Shown piece after piece: positions 21,623 through 31,888 of a stretch of DNA of 64,000 nt. Under the pieces are notes generated by a model. It searched no databases, was not told the origin of the DNA, and worked only from the letters and a program-made list of their open reading frames with translations. The stretch's first letter is position 1; every line of letters begins with the position of its first letter. Source of the DNA: a virus; the IMG/VR virus record IMGVR_UViG_3300032050_000093, positions 6,966 to 70,965 of that record, one strand, 5' to 3'. The position numbers were made by a program, and so were the translations under genes.

Positions 21623-22480
21623 TTAAAGCCCTCCGTATGATTTAAACATATCGTAGTACTTATAGTATTGTGCTTTTCTATTAGTTTCCCAAAGCTGTAA
21701 CATTTCTGTAAAGTTTGGAGTATTTACAACAGATAAAGCATTGTTTCTTGCTGATCTAAGTCTTTGTTCAATTAATTGTAATTTAGCAGTTACTTCTTCA
21801 CCATTGATAAATAAGTTTTCTAAAATACGTTGTTTAATTGCATATTCATAATATTCATTTACAAATGGCTGATCTAATACTAATAAATTTCCTTTATCAT
21901 CTTCAAGCGCTCCTTGATAAGATATTAACATCCTACCACTATTAATATTAGTATATATATAATTATTTTTAATATATATTGTTGGGAAACTGTTATCCAT
22001 AGCATCGCACATGCTACTTGTTGCAACAACCTTTACATCTAAAAATTGTTTATATATTCTTACTTCTTGCTTGCGTTTTTCAATAACTTGTACATATATT
22101 TTCTCACCATTCTGACATTCTTGTACATAAGTTGCTTCACATTCACATTCTTTATTACAACCACATTTAGGGCAATCTTCCATTATAACATTTTCAGTAT
22201 GTCTTCCATGTAAAACAGGATCTCGAAGTTCAAACTCACCACAAAGTTTTGCATAGTTTAATACATAAAAATCATCAGGTAATTTTGCTTTTTTATTTTC
22301 AATATCAATAACCTTATCTTTTGTTTCATGGATTCTCAATCCTAAATCGTAGCTAACCCGTTGAGTTACTTTAATTAATTGAGCAGGATCAATTAAACCT
22401 TCAGTGTTATATATTGTAAAGTCAGTTATTACCTCAGCTAATAACTGATCAAATGTTCTATATTTTAATTCTGTTTTCAT
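21623..22480 (-). CDS. Tail ring / tubular protein (crAss-like)
   Basis: 285 aa. KAKLPDDFY motif and Cys-rich insert. Conserved position upstream of the muzzle gene. Confidence 0.6.
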   Translation of the reverse strand: MKTELKYRTFDQLLAEVITDFTIYNTEGLIDPAQLIKVTQRVSYDLGLRIHETKDKVIDIENKKAKLPDDFYVLNYAKLCGEFELRDPVLHGRHTENVIMEDCPKCGCNKECECEATYVQECQNGEKIYVQVIEKRKQEVRIYKQFLDVKVVATSSMCDAMDNSFPTIYIKNNYIYTNINSGRMLISYQGALEDDKGNLLVLDQPFVNEYYEYAIKQRILENLFINGEEVTAKLQLIEQRLRSARNNALSVVNTPNFTEMLQLWETNRKAQYYKYYDMFKSYGGL

Positions 22481-22484
22481 AGAA

Positions 22485-23159
22485 TTAGCGTGTTAAACTT
22501 ATTTTATCATTATCACTATCTGGAGGTATTTGAATTGTACCAGCTAAATCTTTAAATACTTGCGACTCAATTTCACCTAATAAATAATCAGGAACATTAA
22601 AAGATTGATCTTGTCTTTGAACACATGAATCTTTTTCACATGTCCAAAAACTAACATCATCTTCAAATATTCCTTCAATTCTTACAGCATCCCAATCTAA
22701 ATCTGGAAAATATAAATAGTCATTTAAATACCAAAAATACTTTCTTGTATTATATTTTGTATTTTTTGATTTTGAACTATATACATAAGTTGATGGAATA
22801 ACAGGTTGTAATATTTGAGACCCATCTAAAGATGTAACATTTCTAATAAGGGGTCCCCAATATCCTTGTAAAAATATAGGAAGTTTATCTTTTGTTCTTT
22901 TTATTTTACAATTTGAACGTATGCCTGTACATTGAGCTTCAACCTTATCTACTTCAATTAATTCAACATAATCAAGTGTTTGAATAACACTTGCAAAAGA
23001 TAATAGTTTACTTTTAGAATCTTCTCTTCTCATCAACCATTTTGCATGTTTTATTACAAAACTGTATATAACACGATCAGTTAATAAAGCGTCTTGTCTA
23101 GACGCTTTCACTTGAGTACGGATTCTGGAGCATACATCTCCTATTGTATTTTTAGCCAT
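22485..23159 (-). CDS. Tail ring protein (crAss-like, P22 gp4-like)
   Basis: 224 aa. YFWYLNDYLY..VRIEGIFED motif and synteny with the tail block. Confidence 0.6.
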   Translation of the reverse strand: MAKNTIGDVCSRIRTQVKASRQDALLTDRVIYSFVIKHAKWLMRREDSKSKLLSFASVIQTLDYVELIEVDKVEAQCTGIRSNCKIKRTKDKLPIFLQGYWGPLIRNVTSLDGSQILQPVIPSTYVYSSKSKNTKYNTRKYFWYLNDYLYFPDLDWDAVRIEGIFEDDVSFWTCEKDSCVQRQDQSFNVPDYLLGEIESQVFKDLAGTIQIPPDSDNDKISLTR

Positions 23160-23160
23160 T

Positions 23161-23745
23161 TTAATCTAAATTAAATTCATCATATGTATCAAGAAGATTT
23201 TTGGTTTCTTTTTGTTTATATTGAATATAACTTTGTTTTCTAAATACCCTACTCACTTTTACCATATTATCCACCATAATGTATTTTTTCCATTCTTTTG
23301 GGTAGGTTTGTCCTACTTCTCTTTTAAAATTTCTGACACCTGTAAAACCCCAAAGCTCATGATTTCTAAATTTATATTTACCTTCATAGTTAGTATAAAA
23401 TATTTTGGCAGTGTATTGATCTGATTCCCAATTTTGATTTTGTAATTTTACACCGTAAATTTTTGATTTATTAAAATCTACGTTACTCTTTTTGCGAGGA
23501 CAAGATCCAATAAAAATATATCCTAATTGTTCTGGAAGCTCCACTCCATTTCTATCTTCAATAACAGATTTCCATATCATTTCATTAAATGTCGAAATTA
23601 CTTCTTTGAATTTTTCTAGACAAATAGTTTCAACATGTGGATTTTCATTTAAAAACTTAGTATAAGTTTCAAAGTTTGTTAAATTCAATCTTTTTGATCT
23701 ATACCTAGGAGCTTTTAAATCTGGTTTTTTATATTTTTTCGACAC
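23161..23745 (-). CDS. IHF/HU-like DNA-binding protein (crAss conserved)
   Basis: Helical N-terminus followed by GVELPEQLGYIFI. GTG start. Same position as IHF-like genes of crAss-like phages. Confidence 0.55.
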   Translation of the reverse strand: MSKKYKKPDLKAPRYRSKRLNLTNFETYTKFLNENPHVETICLEKFKEVISTFNEMIWKSVIEDRNGVELPEQLGYIFIGSCPRKKSNVDFNKSKIYGVKLQNQNWESDQYTAKIFYTNYEGKYKFRNHELWGFTGVRNFKREVGQTYPKEWKKYIMVDNMVKVSRVFRKQSYIQYKQKETKNLLDTYDEFNLD

Positions 23746-23750
23746 TATAT

Positions 23751-23770
23751 TCTACATTATTAATTTACAA
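23751..23770 (-). promoter_or_regulatory. Putative late promoter variant
   Basis: Minus strand ttGTAAATTAATAATgtaga, just upstream of the IHF-like gene. Confidence 0.35.
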
Positions 23771-23806
23771 AAAACTTTGAATATTTTAAAATTAAACTTT
23801 AGAAGT

Positions 23807-24991
23807 TTAAGCATTATGTGTAAACTCAGAAATCTTTCCTTTTTTAGGATCATGTACTTCTAAAATAGCTTGACGTTTTGATCCTGTAAACTTATTATGA
23901 TAGTGCCAATAATCTGACTTACAAAGAGAAGGAAGATGTTTTATGGAAAAGCCATGTATTTCATTATCTGTTACAAACTCAGTAACTTTCTTACTATGAA
24001 AGTGTCCAGTATAACATGTACGATATTTTGTTTCTCCCCATTCTTTAGGGAACTCTGTAGCATAAACAAGAGGTGTAGATTTTTTTGTAACATCACCGTG
24101 TTCAAAAGCAAAAAAGTTGTCACCATATACAACAACTTTTCTTTCAGAATAATCTACTTTAAACTTAATATTTATATCTTGAAAACATTTAGAAAGAGCA
24201 TGAGCTAAATGATATGAACTAAGTCTGTCATGATTACCAGGGAGATAAACTATTTCTAATTCATTACAGAATTGTTTAATATAATTTACAGACCAATATA
24301 AAGTATTAAAAGCATCATCATATGCTTCTTGTGCTTTTAGTTCATTATCTACAGGCGTACCTGATGTTGTTGTTCCATGAAATGTGTCCATGTTTAAAAG
24401 ATCCCCTCCTATAACATATATAATCTTTTCTAATCGATGGCTAGCGTATGCACGCATTACAAGATTTCTAATAGCATTTTTAAAGTCTTCAACTATAGTA
24501 AAGTTGCCCTCTTTGCCAAAATGTAAATCTTGAATAGAAAGTACCGCAACTGATGGTGTTTCATATTTATCATTAATGTGAATACTAGTAACCTGCTCAT
24601 ACTTGGGATGAAAGGTCTCAAGCAATTTAGATATATGATCAATAGGTTCTTGTTTCTTTTGTGTCACCATTGCTGATATATACCAACCAGAATGTGTTTC
24701 TTTATTCCAATATGAACTAAGCTTCCACTTATCAGTATCTATTTCTAAAAGTTGAATTATTTCTTCTGCTGTTCGCGGTTTGCAAACAGCAATCCCTTTT
24801 ATTTCAGCAGTACCTTTTTCAACGTCTTCTTTAAACTCTATAATTTTATGTGAAATTTTTGGAGGAGGAGTTTCTAAAACTTTTTGTTTTATTTTTTTGT
24901 ATTCTTCTAGAGAAATTCCTAATTTTGTAGCACAATATTCATCCGACTTTTTCCATCTTAAAGTCCCATAGACCTTGTGTTGTAAACTCAT
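23807..24991 (-). CDS. Calcineurin-like metallophosphoesterase (Mre11/SbcD-like) with N-terminal HTH-like segment
   Basis: All five motifs present: QDLHFG, GGDLL, PGNHD, FEHGD, GHFH. N-terminal CATKLGIS. Confidence 0.8.
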   Translation of the reverse strand: MSLQHKVYGTLRWKKSDEYCATKLGISLEEYKKIKQKVLETPPPKISHKIIEFKEDVEKGTAEIKGIAVCKPRTAEEIIQLLEIDTDKWKLSSYWNKETHSGWYISAMVTQKKQEPIDHISKLLETFHPKYEQVTSIHINDKYETPSVAVLSIQDLHFGKEGNFTIVEDFKNAIRNLVMRAYASHRLEKIIYVIGGDLLNMDTFHGTTTSGTPVDNELKAQEAYDDAFNTLYWSVNYIKQFCNELEIVYLPGNHDRLSSYHLAHALSKCFQDINIKFKVDYSERKVVVYGDNFFAFEHGDVTKKSTPLVYATEFPKEWGETKYRTCYTGHFHSKKVTEFVTDNEIHGFSIKHLPSLCKSDYWHYHNKFTGSKRQAILEVHDPKKGKISEFTHNA

Positions 24992-25054
24992 AAAGAATTG
25001 TTTAGTTTATGGTGTATAAAGTTATATTAGTTTTTTAACATATCCTAATATTTT

Positions 25055-25086
25055 TTAAAAACAAACCCTCCCTAGAAAAGGAGGGT
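25055..25086 (-). terminator. Rho-independent terminator
   Basis: Minus strand CCCTCC-ttttctag-GGAGGG followed by TTTGTTTTT. Confidence 0.55.
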
Positions 25087-25131
25087 GTAGATTAGTCGAA
25101 GAAAACCAACTAAACTCCGACATTTTTAATA

Positions 25132-25437
25132 TTATTGATTTGCAAGGCAATTAATCTTTTCAATTATTATTTCAAGAACTCGAAATAAAGTTTTTTGATC
25201 AGGTGCTAAAAAATTAGTACCCCCACATGCTGCTAATAATTTACTTACATCTAATTCTTCTAAGTTTAAACTATCTTTAACAGCACAATAATCTACAGCA
25301 AGTTTATAAACAACATCAGTTATGGTGTCACCTGTACAAAGTGAAAGACAGGGTATATCAGGACCTTGCCAAATAACACAATTTGATGATATAGAATTAC
25401 AGGTTTCTTTAGCTAAATTTGAATTTGAAGGCAGCAT
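25132..25437 (-). CDS. Small Cys-rich virion/fibre-associated protein
   Basis: SSNCVIWQGPDIPCLSLCTGDTITDV motif, related to the N-termini of 37890-38723, 41775-42164 and 30419-31876. Confidence 0.5.
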   Translation of the reverse strand: MLPSNSNLAKETCNSISSNCVIWQGPDIPCLSLCTGDTITDVVYKLAVDYCAVKDSLNLEELDVSKLLAACGGTNFLAPDQKTLFRVLEIIIEKINCLANQ

Positions 25438-25489
25438 AACTAATTGATTATTATTACTTTATAATAAACTACTATGTGTAAACACTATG

Positions 25490-25510
25490 TCTACAATATA
25501 ATATAAAGAA
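25490..25510 (-). promoter_or_regulatory. Putative late promoter
   Basis: Minus strand ctTTATATTATATTgtaga. Confidence 0.4.
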
Positions 25511-25541
25511 AAATAATCAATTTATCAAATAATTCTTTAGA

Positions 25542-26315
25542 TTACCCAATTCTATTTAAATCTAAATCAACAGATGGATCCCATGTTTGGAAACAATTGT
25601 GAACATATGACATAAAAGGATTGTATCTAAGATAATGATGCGTCATACAACTTAGTAACATTTGACGTGTTTCATCAGGTTTTTTTATAGCAGATAAAAT
25701 TTTTAAACAATCTTCAATTCCATTAAAATAATGAATATTTGTAATTTTTTTTTCATTCTCAAAAGGAAACCAACCATTTAATTTTAAATAATATTTTTTA
25801 TTTCCAATATTAAAACAATCTTCAAAATGTAAATTATTTTCTTTTATCCATTGTCCAACAGATACATCTTCAGGTCCCCAGTTATTATTAATCATAGGGT
25901 TAGCTTGTTTTATTAATTGAGGGGATATAAAATATCCTGCACCACCTGATGGAAAAACAAGAGTTGGTTCTTTTGGATAAACACCATGCATTTTTAACCC
26001 ATAAACACAATTTTTATCAAGAAATTCAATTATAAAATTGAACATTTTAATATTTAATATTGCATCATCATCAATAAATACAAGCCAATCATATTCATGA
26101 AATTCATTAGTATTTTTAACTAAATTTATTAAAGTAACTGTTTTTTCTTCAGCACTATAATAATGAGTTTTTTCAGAACCTGATATTTCAGGGTATTTTC
26201 CAGTTAAAATATCTGTAAGACAAACATAGTCTTGGTCTTTTAACCAAGTGTCAACACAAATTTTAACTCTATCAATATTTACACTAGATGTTTTTAAAAT
26301 AATTTTATATCTCAT
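25542..26315 (-). CDS. GT31 / Fringe / core-1 beta-1,3-galactosyltransferase-like glycosyltransferase
   Basis: DTW, YDWLVFIDDDA (DDD motif), FPSGGAGYFIS, EDVSVGQW and terminal HY motifs of the GT31 family. Confidence 0.75.
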   Translation of the reverse strand: MRYKIILKTSSVNIDRVKICVDTWLKDQDYVCLTDILTGKYPEISGSEKTHYYSAEEKTVTLINLVKNTNEFHEYDWLVFIDDDAILNIKMFNFIIEFLDKNCVYGLKMHGVYPKEPTLVFPSGGAGYFISPQLIKQANPMINNNWGPEDVSVGQWIKENNLHFEDCFNIGNKKYYLKLNGWFPFENEKKITNIHYFNGIEDCLKILSAIKKPDETRQMLLSCMTHHYLRYNPFMSYVHNCFQTWDPSVDLDLNRIG

Positions 26316-26318
26316 TTA

Positions 26319-26939
26319 TTAACTTTTTGACCAAGCTTCCCAAACAAAATCATATTTATATTTTATATTAAATCCATTTTCTATTAATCCATTTTGAATT
26401 AATTGTCTTTTTTCTATTGCATTTTCAATTCCTAAATGAAATTGAATTTGAATATTTTTAAATTTATTAATTACTTTTGTTTTTAACATATAATCTAATA
26501 ATAAATACTCGTCTCCTTCAATATTTATTTGAAGAAGATCAATCATATCTATAGTATAATCTTCTAATATTGAATCTATTGTTTTAAACTGTACATTTAT
26601 TTTTTCTGATTCATTTTCCAAATTTGAAGATGACGCATCTCCGTTTAAATATATTATACCATTTTTATTTTCAATTCCAATAGCTACAGGAATTATTTTA
26701 ACTTTGTTATTATGTTTAAACTTTGAAATCATTTGATCATAAAATAAAGGAATAGGTTCAACAATATAAACATAAGGATTAAACTTATTAATTATTTTTT
26801 CAGCCCAAACACCTACAAATCCTCCAATATCCATAACTTTTGATTCTTCGTTTAAATCATAATTTAAAATGTAAGTTAAATCTCCATAATCAGAAAACCA
26901 TCGTTGTACTTCTTCTGGGTGTAAATATAAATTTGCCAT
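26319..26939 (-). CDS. FkbM-family SAM-dependent methyltransferase
   Basis: VMDIGGFVG, VEP, IDLLQINIEGDE and QIQFH motifs. Confidence 0.85.
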   Translation of the reverse strand: MANLYLHPEEVQRWFSDYGDLTYILNYDLNEESKVMDIGGFVGVWAEKIINKFNPYVYIVEPIPLFYDQMISKFKHNNKVKIIPVAIGIENKNGIIYLNGDASSSNLENESEKINVQFKTIDSILEDYTIDMIDLLQINIEGDEYLLLDYMLKTKVINKFKNIQIQFHLGIENAIEKRQLIQNGLIENGFNIKYKYDFVWEAWSKS

Positions 26940-26944
26940 TATAA

Positions 26945-27727
26945 TTAATCTTTAGAATATATATATCCATTTTTATACAATGTTTCATGTATAATCCAAT
27001 TTTTACAATATATTTCATCCCAGTTTTTTGGTCCATTAGGACCATACCAGGTTTTAGGAGCAATAACAATTTTATTTTTATTTTTAGATAAATACGCTCC
27101 CCACCAACTAAAAGATGAATTTGATATTACAAAATGATGACATAGTGATAGTATCCATAAATCTTCATAAGATTTATAACCTTCAGAATATATTGCTCCT
27201 TCAATATTTAAATTTTTTTTACACCATTCTATATCATCACTAACAATTAAAATTTGATTATTAGGAACATGTTTAATTGCTTCTAAAATATATTCTTTAG
27301 ACAAAGTTGGATGAATATCTGGATAACTTAAATAGTCCCCTCTTCTCACATGAATAGCAGTTATTTCTTTAACAAAAATAATAGGAAGTTCTAGTTTTAT
27401 TTTATTGATAAATTCTATAGGAGGATAAAATAAATCTTTTATTTCATTAGAATATTTATTAAAATAATTTTCACTTTGAAAATAACCAGTATATAAGGTA
27501 TGCGTATTATCAGAAGGTATTTCTAAATTATAATTTTTATTATCAACATAATCATCTATAAAAATGAAATCTTTAAATATTGTATTAACATATTCATTTG
27601 AAAAATGCGATTTATATAAATAAAGTTCTTTACCATATTCTTTTGCTTTAGCATATGCGTTAGCAACCATAAATAAATTATTACCCAATCTTCCTGCAAC
27701 TATTGGTAATATATAATCAATTTTCAT
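26945..27727 (-). CDS. GT11 alpha-1,2-fucosyltransferase-like
   Basis: GRLGNNLF, GYFQSENYF, IHVRRGDY, SDDIEWCK and SNSSFSWWGAYL motifs. Confidence 0.9.
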   Translation of the reverse strand: MKIDYILPIVAGRLGNNLFMVANAYAKAKEYGKELYLYKSHFSNEYVNTIFKDFIFIDDYVDNKNYNLEIPSDNTHTLYTGYFQSENYFNKYSNEIKDLFYPPIEFINKIKLELPIIFVKEITAIHVRRGDYLSYPDIHPTLSKEYILEAIKHVPNNQILIVSDDIEWCKKNLNIEGAIYSEGYKSYEDLWILSLCHHFVISNSSFSWWGAYLSKNKNKIVIAPKTWYGPNGPKNWDEIYCKNWIIHETLYKNGYIYSKD

Positions 27728-28628
27728 GTTTTATAGCAAGTATTTCTTTTACATAATTATATGAGCAAAAATTATTATTATATGATTCTAATTTTACATC
27801 GTAAGGTTTTGAATTCATATATGCAGCTTTATAAAATAAATCTTTTCTATCATCTGTCACACCTGCATTGTGATAAATAGGAGCTTGACTCCATCTAAAC
27901 ATTGGATCAGTTGCCCAACAAAAATCTAATCTTTTATCTACTTTAGTTTCATTTCCAAACAACCACGCATTCCATAATAATGACCACATACCTGCTGTCC
28001 ATTTTTGAATAGCATATCCTTCACCTTTCCATAATGGTTCCTCATTACAAAAATGTGCATATAGTTTAATTGAATCTTTTTCTACTTTATCCCAATATTC
28101 AAATGTTGTATTTTTTACAATATGTTGAGCACCACCTGAATCTGCATTTCTTTCTTTTGGAATGCTTGGATCAATTCCTATTACATCACACATTTTAAGA
28201 TAAACATCTTCTCCTTTTGTAAGAATATATTGAGTGCCTATGTATCCTACAGTATCGCTTAGATACCAGATATTATCTTTTTCCATGTCGCTAAAATCTA
28301 CTGGACGTGTAAATATAATATCACAATCATGTAAAAAAAGAACTTCTTTTTCTAATTCAGGATACGCTTTTAGATGTTGTTTCATCATGTTAAAGTATAT
28401 CGATGGGATATACGTTTGATTTTCACGCGTATCTTTATAAAAAAAGAAGTTTACAGTATTATATTTATTTTGAAGATCAAGCCATTCGGCTGGAGGGATA
28501 TCCCCATGATATGCACATAAAATATGCATATCATTTGGATTAATATTGTTTTTAATAAAGTTATTGATCATCACCTCTATTTGCCATGTATAATATGGAA
28601 TAGCAGGTTGAGCACATACAAATTTCAT
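27717..28628 (-). CDS. GT-A glycosyltransferase resembling GT95/GT96 peptide O-glycosyltransferases
   Basis: YYTWQ, YIPSI, FLHDCDIIF (DxD) and KWTAGMW motifs parallel the motif order of plant SERGT1/HPAT (recalled as YFDWQ, YPAINKP, LDADMI, WISEMY). Confidence 0.6.
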   Translation of the reverse strand: MKFVCAQPAIPYYTWQIEVMINNFIKNNINPNDMHILCAYHGDIPPAEWLDLQNKYNTVNFFFYKDTRENQTYIPSIYFNMMKQHLKAYPELEKEVLFLHDCDIIFTRPVDFSDMEKDNIWYLSDTVGYIGTQYILTKGEDVYLKMCDVIGIDPSIPKERNADSGGAQHIVKNTTFEYWDKVEKDSIKLYAHFCNEEPLWKGEGYAIQKWTAGMWSLLWNAWLFGNETKVDKRLDFCWATDPMFRWSQAPIYHNAGVTDDRKDLFYKAAYMNSKPYDVKLESYNNNFCSYNYVKEILAIKHEN

Positions 28629-28668
28629 AAATGTTGGTTTTAACGTAAAATTAAATAATTATTTAATA

Positions 28669-30402
28669 TTATTGAAAGTTTTCACATGAATTTATTTGAC
28701 TAATTATTAAATATTTAGTTGATGATATGTCTACAGTTTTTATAATTTCTGTTACAGGTATTCCACCTACAACTAAATTATAAATTTTACCTGATAGAAT
28801 ATTTACACCAGATATTAAATTTGAACTATATAATATACTTCCATTAGTTGTGCCTGAAGGAATTGTATAATTAAAAGATACATTAGAATTAATAGGTCCT
28901 CCATTACAACTTACTTGTGAAAATGTCATTAATGATCCTGTAATAGCAATATTGGAACCAATATTTGCATTATCAATCATAAATCTTAAACGCAAATTTT
29001 CAGATCCACTTGCTCCAGTTTTTTCAATATTAATGAATATATGTGGAGAATTACATTTTCCCAAATATATTGAATTAACAATTTTTGATAGTGGATTTAA
29101 TAATTGTATATTCCACACATCATTTCCACTATTAATTGTTAAATAACTATTTGGTACTGGAATATTTACAGGAGTTGTAGCAGAAGAATTGGTGTATAAA
29201 ATACTATTATTTCCATTAACAAAATTAGAATCTGTTGGATATACTTTTGTATAATATGTAAATTGATTGGAACAACCTACTGCTATTGATTGTGATAATT
29301 CAGGAAATGCTGCCGATGCTTGCCATGTATATATTGTTGTCGTAGTTGTGGTAGATGTAGATGTAGTTGTAGATGTGCTTGTTGTAGTAGAAGGAGGTAT
29401 AGTAGTAGGAGCAGGTAATCCAGAACAAGGGCAATATGCGTATTCTGACATACCAGATGTAACTTCATATCTTATAGTTAAATTACCATTTAAAATATAA
29501 TTTATTGATGATTCATCTGTAGTACATATATATTGAGATTGACTTGGAGAAATCAATATACTTCCCCCACTTCCATTACATGGATTATAACTTCCACTTA
29601 CAGTACCTGTTGATGATGTATTTCTAATTCTATAACATTTACATACTCCAGGTGCAGCTGTACTTGTAGTTGTTGTAGGAGGTATTGTAGTAGTAGAAGT
29701 TGTAGATGTACTTGTGGTAGAAGTTGTTGATGTTGAGGTAGTAGATGTTGAGGTAGTAGATGTAGTAGTTGGAGAACAAGATCCATATGTAGAACTTAAC
29801 ATAGAGGCTGTTCCTAAAACAGAACTTGATGATTGCCATTGATTAGGTGTTCCTGATATTGGAGTTGGTGTATTATTATCAAGAATAGAAAATAAAGTTC
29901 CAGCTTCTAATCCAGAACTAAATTGCCATCTTAAATTAAAAGGACTCCAATATACAAACCCAGCAGGTGAAAGATCGTAAACAGGTCTTCCAGCATAATT
30001 AGAAGGATTTTGTTTAATGTTTAAACAGTATAAATTAGGTAAAGGAGCATACCAACAAAAACATATGCCAGCATTTGCATTTGTTGTAGTTGTTGTAAAA
30101 TTAGCAGATGTTGTTGTAGATGTAGTTGTTGTTGGAGGAAGTGTTGTTGTGCTTGTACTAGTGGTCGTAGTTATCTGATATCCAATCGGATAGGTAATTT
30201 CATTATTACATTTATCACCTAGTGATTTAATTGTAATAAAGTTAGCATTAATATCTACAAATGTTGTTATTCCATTAATTAAATCAGTTTTTGAAAAAAC
30301 ATCAGGAGATGCATTTCCAATATCAGGAATAATTCTAAAATTAGGCCCTAAATAAGCACCTAAAGGTTCTAATAATTGTACATAAATTTTTTTTGTTGCC
30401 AC
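28669..30402 (-). CDS. Cys-rich, Thr/Ser mucin-like multidomain virion protein
   Basis: 577 aa. Shared N-terminal GPNF...S.G.C domain, three T/S-rich linkers and C.CY modules. GTG start. Confidence 0.65.
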   Translation of the reverse strand: MATKKIYVQLLEPLGAYLGPNFRIIPDIGNASPDVFSKTDLINGITTFVDINANFITIKSLGDKCNNEITYPIGYQITTTTSTSTTTLPPTTTTSTTTSANFTTTTTNANAGICFCWYAPLPNLYCLNIKQNPSNYAGRPVYDLSPAGFVYWSPFNLRWQFSSGLEAGTLFSILDNNTPTPISGTPNQWQSSSSVLGTASMLSSTYGSCSPTTTSTTSTSTTSTSTTSTTSTSTTSTTTIPPTTTTSTAAPGVCKCYRIRNTSSTGTVSGSYNPCNGSGGSILISPSQSQYICTTDESSINYILNGNLTIRYEVTSGMSEYAYCPCSGLPAPTTIPPSTTTSTSTTTSTSTTTTTTIYTWQASAAFPELSQSIAVGCSNQFTYYTKVYPTDSNFVNGNNSILYTNSSATTPVNIPVPNSYLTINSGNDVWNIQLLNPLSKIVNSIYLGKCNSPHIFINIEKTGASGSENLRLRFMIDNANIGSNIAITGSLMTFSQVSCNGGPINSNVSFNYTIPSGTTNGSILYSSNLISGVNILSGKIYNLVVGGIPVTEIIKTVDISSTKYLIISQINSCENFQ

Positions 30403-30418
30403 TTTGATTTATTTTTTA

Positions 30419-31876
30419 TTAACAGTTGTTTGTTGGTTGAGGACACCCACCAGGACAGGATCCACTCACCTGAGTTATTGTAATGCAGTTACTATAATTT
30501 GGAATTGCAGTTCCTCCTGAAATTAACACGGAAAAACCCCAATTCATAACAGTTGAATCTGTTCCTCCACAATATGATGCTGTAGTAGTATAATCACCAA
30601 TATACCAAACACTAGGATATGATGGTTTAATATTAAATTCAATTACTGCACCAATTGTTGATGAACTTATTACAGTTGCTGTAACATACCCACATCCAGT
30701 TGAAGAATTTGTTATAGCTGCTAATTGATTTGCAACATCAATCATTGTATTACCAGCTACTGCATTATAAATTATTTGATTACAACCTGATATATTATAG
30801 CCATCTGTTGTAAATGACATTCCTATTTTAAACTGCTTACCTGCAGTAACAGTTCCATTAAGTTGTAATCTATAACCTTTTGTACCAGATGCTTGTGCTG
30901 GAGGTATGCAACCTGGGACAACTCCTATATTTATTGTCAACCAAGCTAAAGGATTAGAATCACCAATTTGAGTTACAAGATAAGAAGGTTCAGATGGAAT
31001 TATAGGCTGTGTTAATGAACATATTACTTGAGCAACATTACTAGTACTATTAACGGTAGCTAATTGATTATTTTGACATGATGTATAATAAATAGGGCTT
31101 GTAATATTTCCAGAACATTTATTACATATATTCCAACATTTACATGGATCTGTTGTAGTTGTAGTAGTGTAACAATCTGTATTTTGTGTACAAGATCCTG
31201 TATTAGGAGTAATATTTACGAACACTTGAGGATCTGTAGAAGTAGGTACATTTTTAGAACATACATATTTTATAGGAAAATTATTTATGAATGCTCTACT
31301 TATTGTCTCAATAATTGGGCTATTACTTGAACAAGGAATATAAGTAAAAGAAGTTGTAGGAGGGTTAGGTGTAGGATTTGCAAAATCAACATTAAAGTTT
31401 ACAACATTATAACACTTACATGAAACAGTAGTAGTAGATGTAGTAGATGTAGAAGTTGATGTTGAAGTACTTGTAGAGGTAGTAGTTGTTGCAGCAATTG
31501 TAGTAGTAGAAGTACTAGTACTTGTAGATGTTGATGTACTAGTACTAGTAGTAGTTATAGAATCTTGAACAACATCAACAATGGCTCCACAAAAATCACA
31601 AGAACATGTAAAACCATACACACGTTCATATAATGTTCTAATTATTGTATTAATATTAGGAGGACTCCCGTCTTTTTCTTTTTTGATAATAGGAACATCA
31701 ATATCAAGTGTAATACATTCAGCAGGAAATGCATCTTCACATTCTGATGAATCTGTAGAAGATAGTGAATACACGTTTTGTTCAAAAGATAAATTTGTAT
31801 CTTGAACAATTCTAGTGTTATTAGAACATGTACAAGGATTGCAATTACAAGGATTATATGTATTATTACATGTCAT
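30419..31876 (-). CDS. Cys-rich, Thr/Ser mucin-like virion protein
   Basis: 485 aa. CxC-rich N-terminus, about 45-residue (TS)n linker, CKCY and CKCW modules. Confidence 0.65.
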   Translation of the reverse strand: MTCNNTYNPCNCNPCTCSNNTRIVQDTNLSFEQNVYSLSSTDSSECEDAFPAECITLDIDVPIIKKEKDGSPPNINTIIRTLYERVYGFTCSCDFCGAIVDVVQDSITTTSTSTSTSTSTSTSTTTIAATTTTSTSTSTSTSTSTTSTTTVSCKCYNVVNFNVDFANPTPNPPTTSFTYIPCSSNSPIIETISRAFINNFPIKYVCSKNVPTSTDPQVFVNITPNTGSCTQNTDCYTTTTTTDPCKCWNICNKCSGNITSPIYYTSCQNNQLATVNSTSNVAQVICSLTQPIIPSEPSYLVTQIGDSNPLAWLTINIGVVPGCIPPAQASGTKGYRLQLNGTVTAGKQFKIGMSFTTDGYNISGCNQIIYNAVAGNTMIDVANQLAAITNSSTGCGYVTATVISSSTIGAVIEFNIKPSYPSVWYIGDYTTTASYCGGTDSTVMNWGFSVLISGGTAIPNYSNCITITQVSGSCPGGCPQPTNNC

Positions 31877-31888
31877 AAAAATTTTTAT

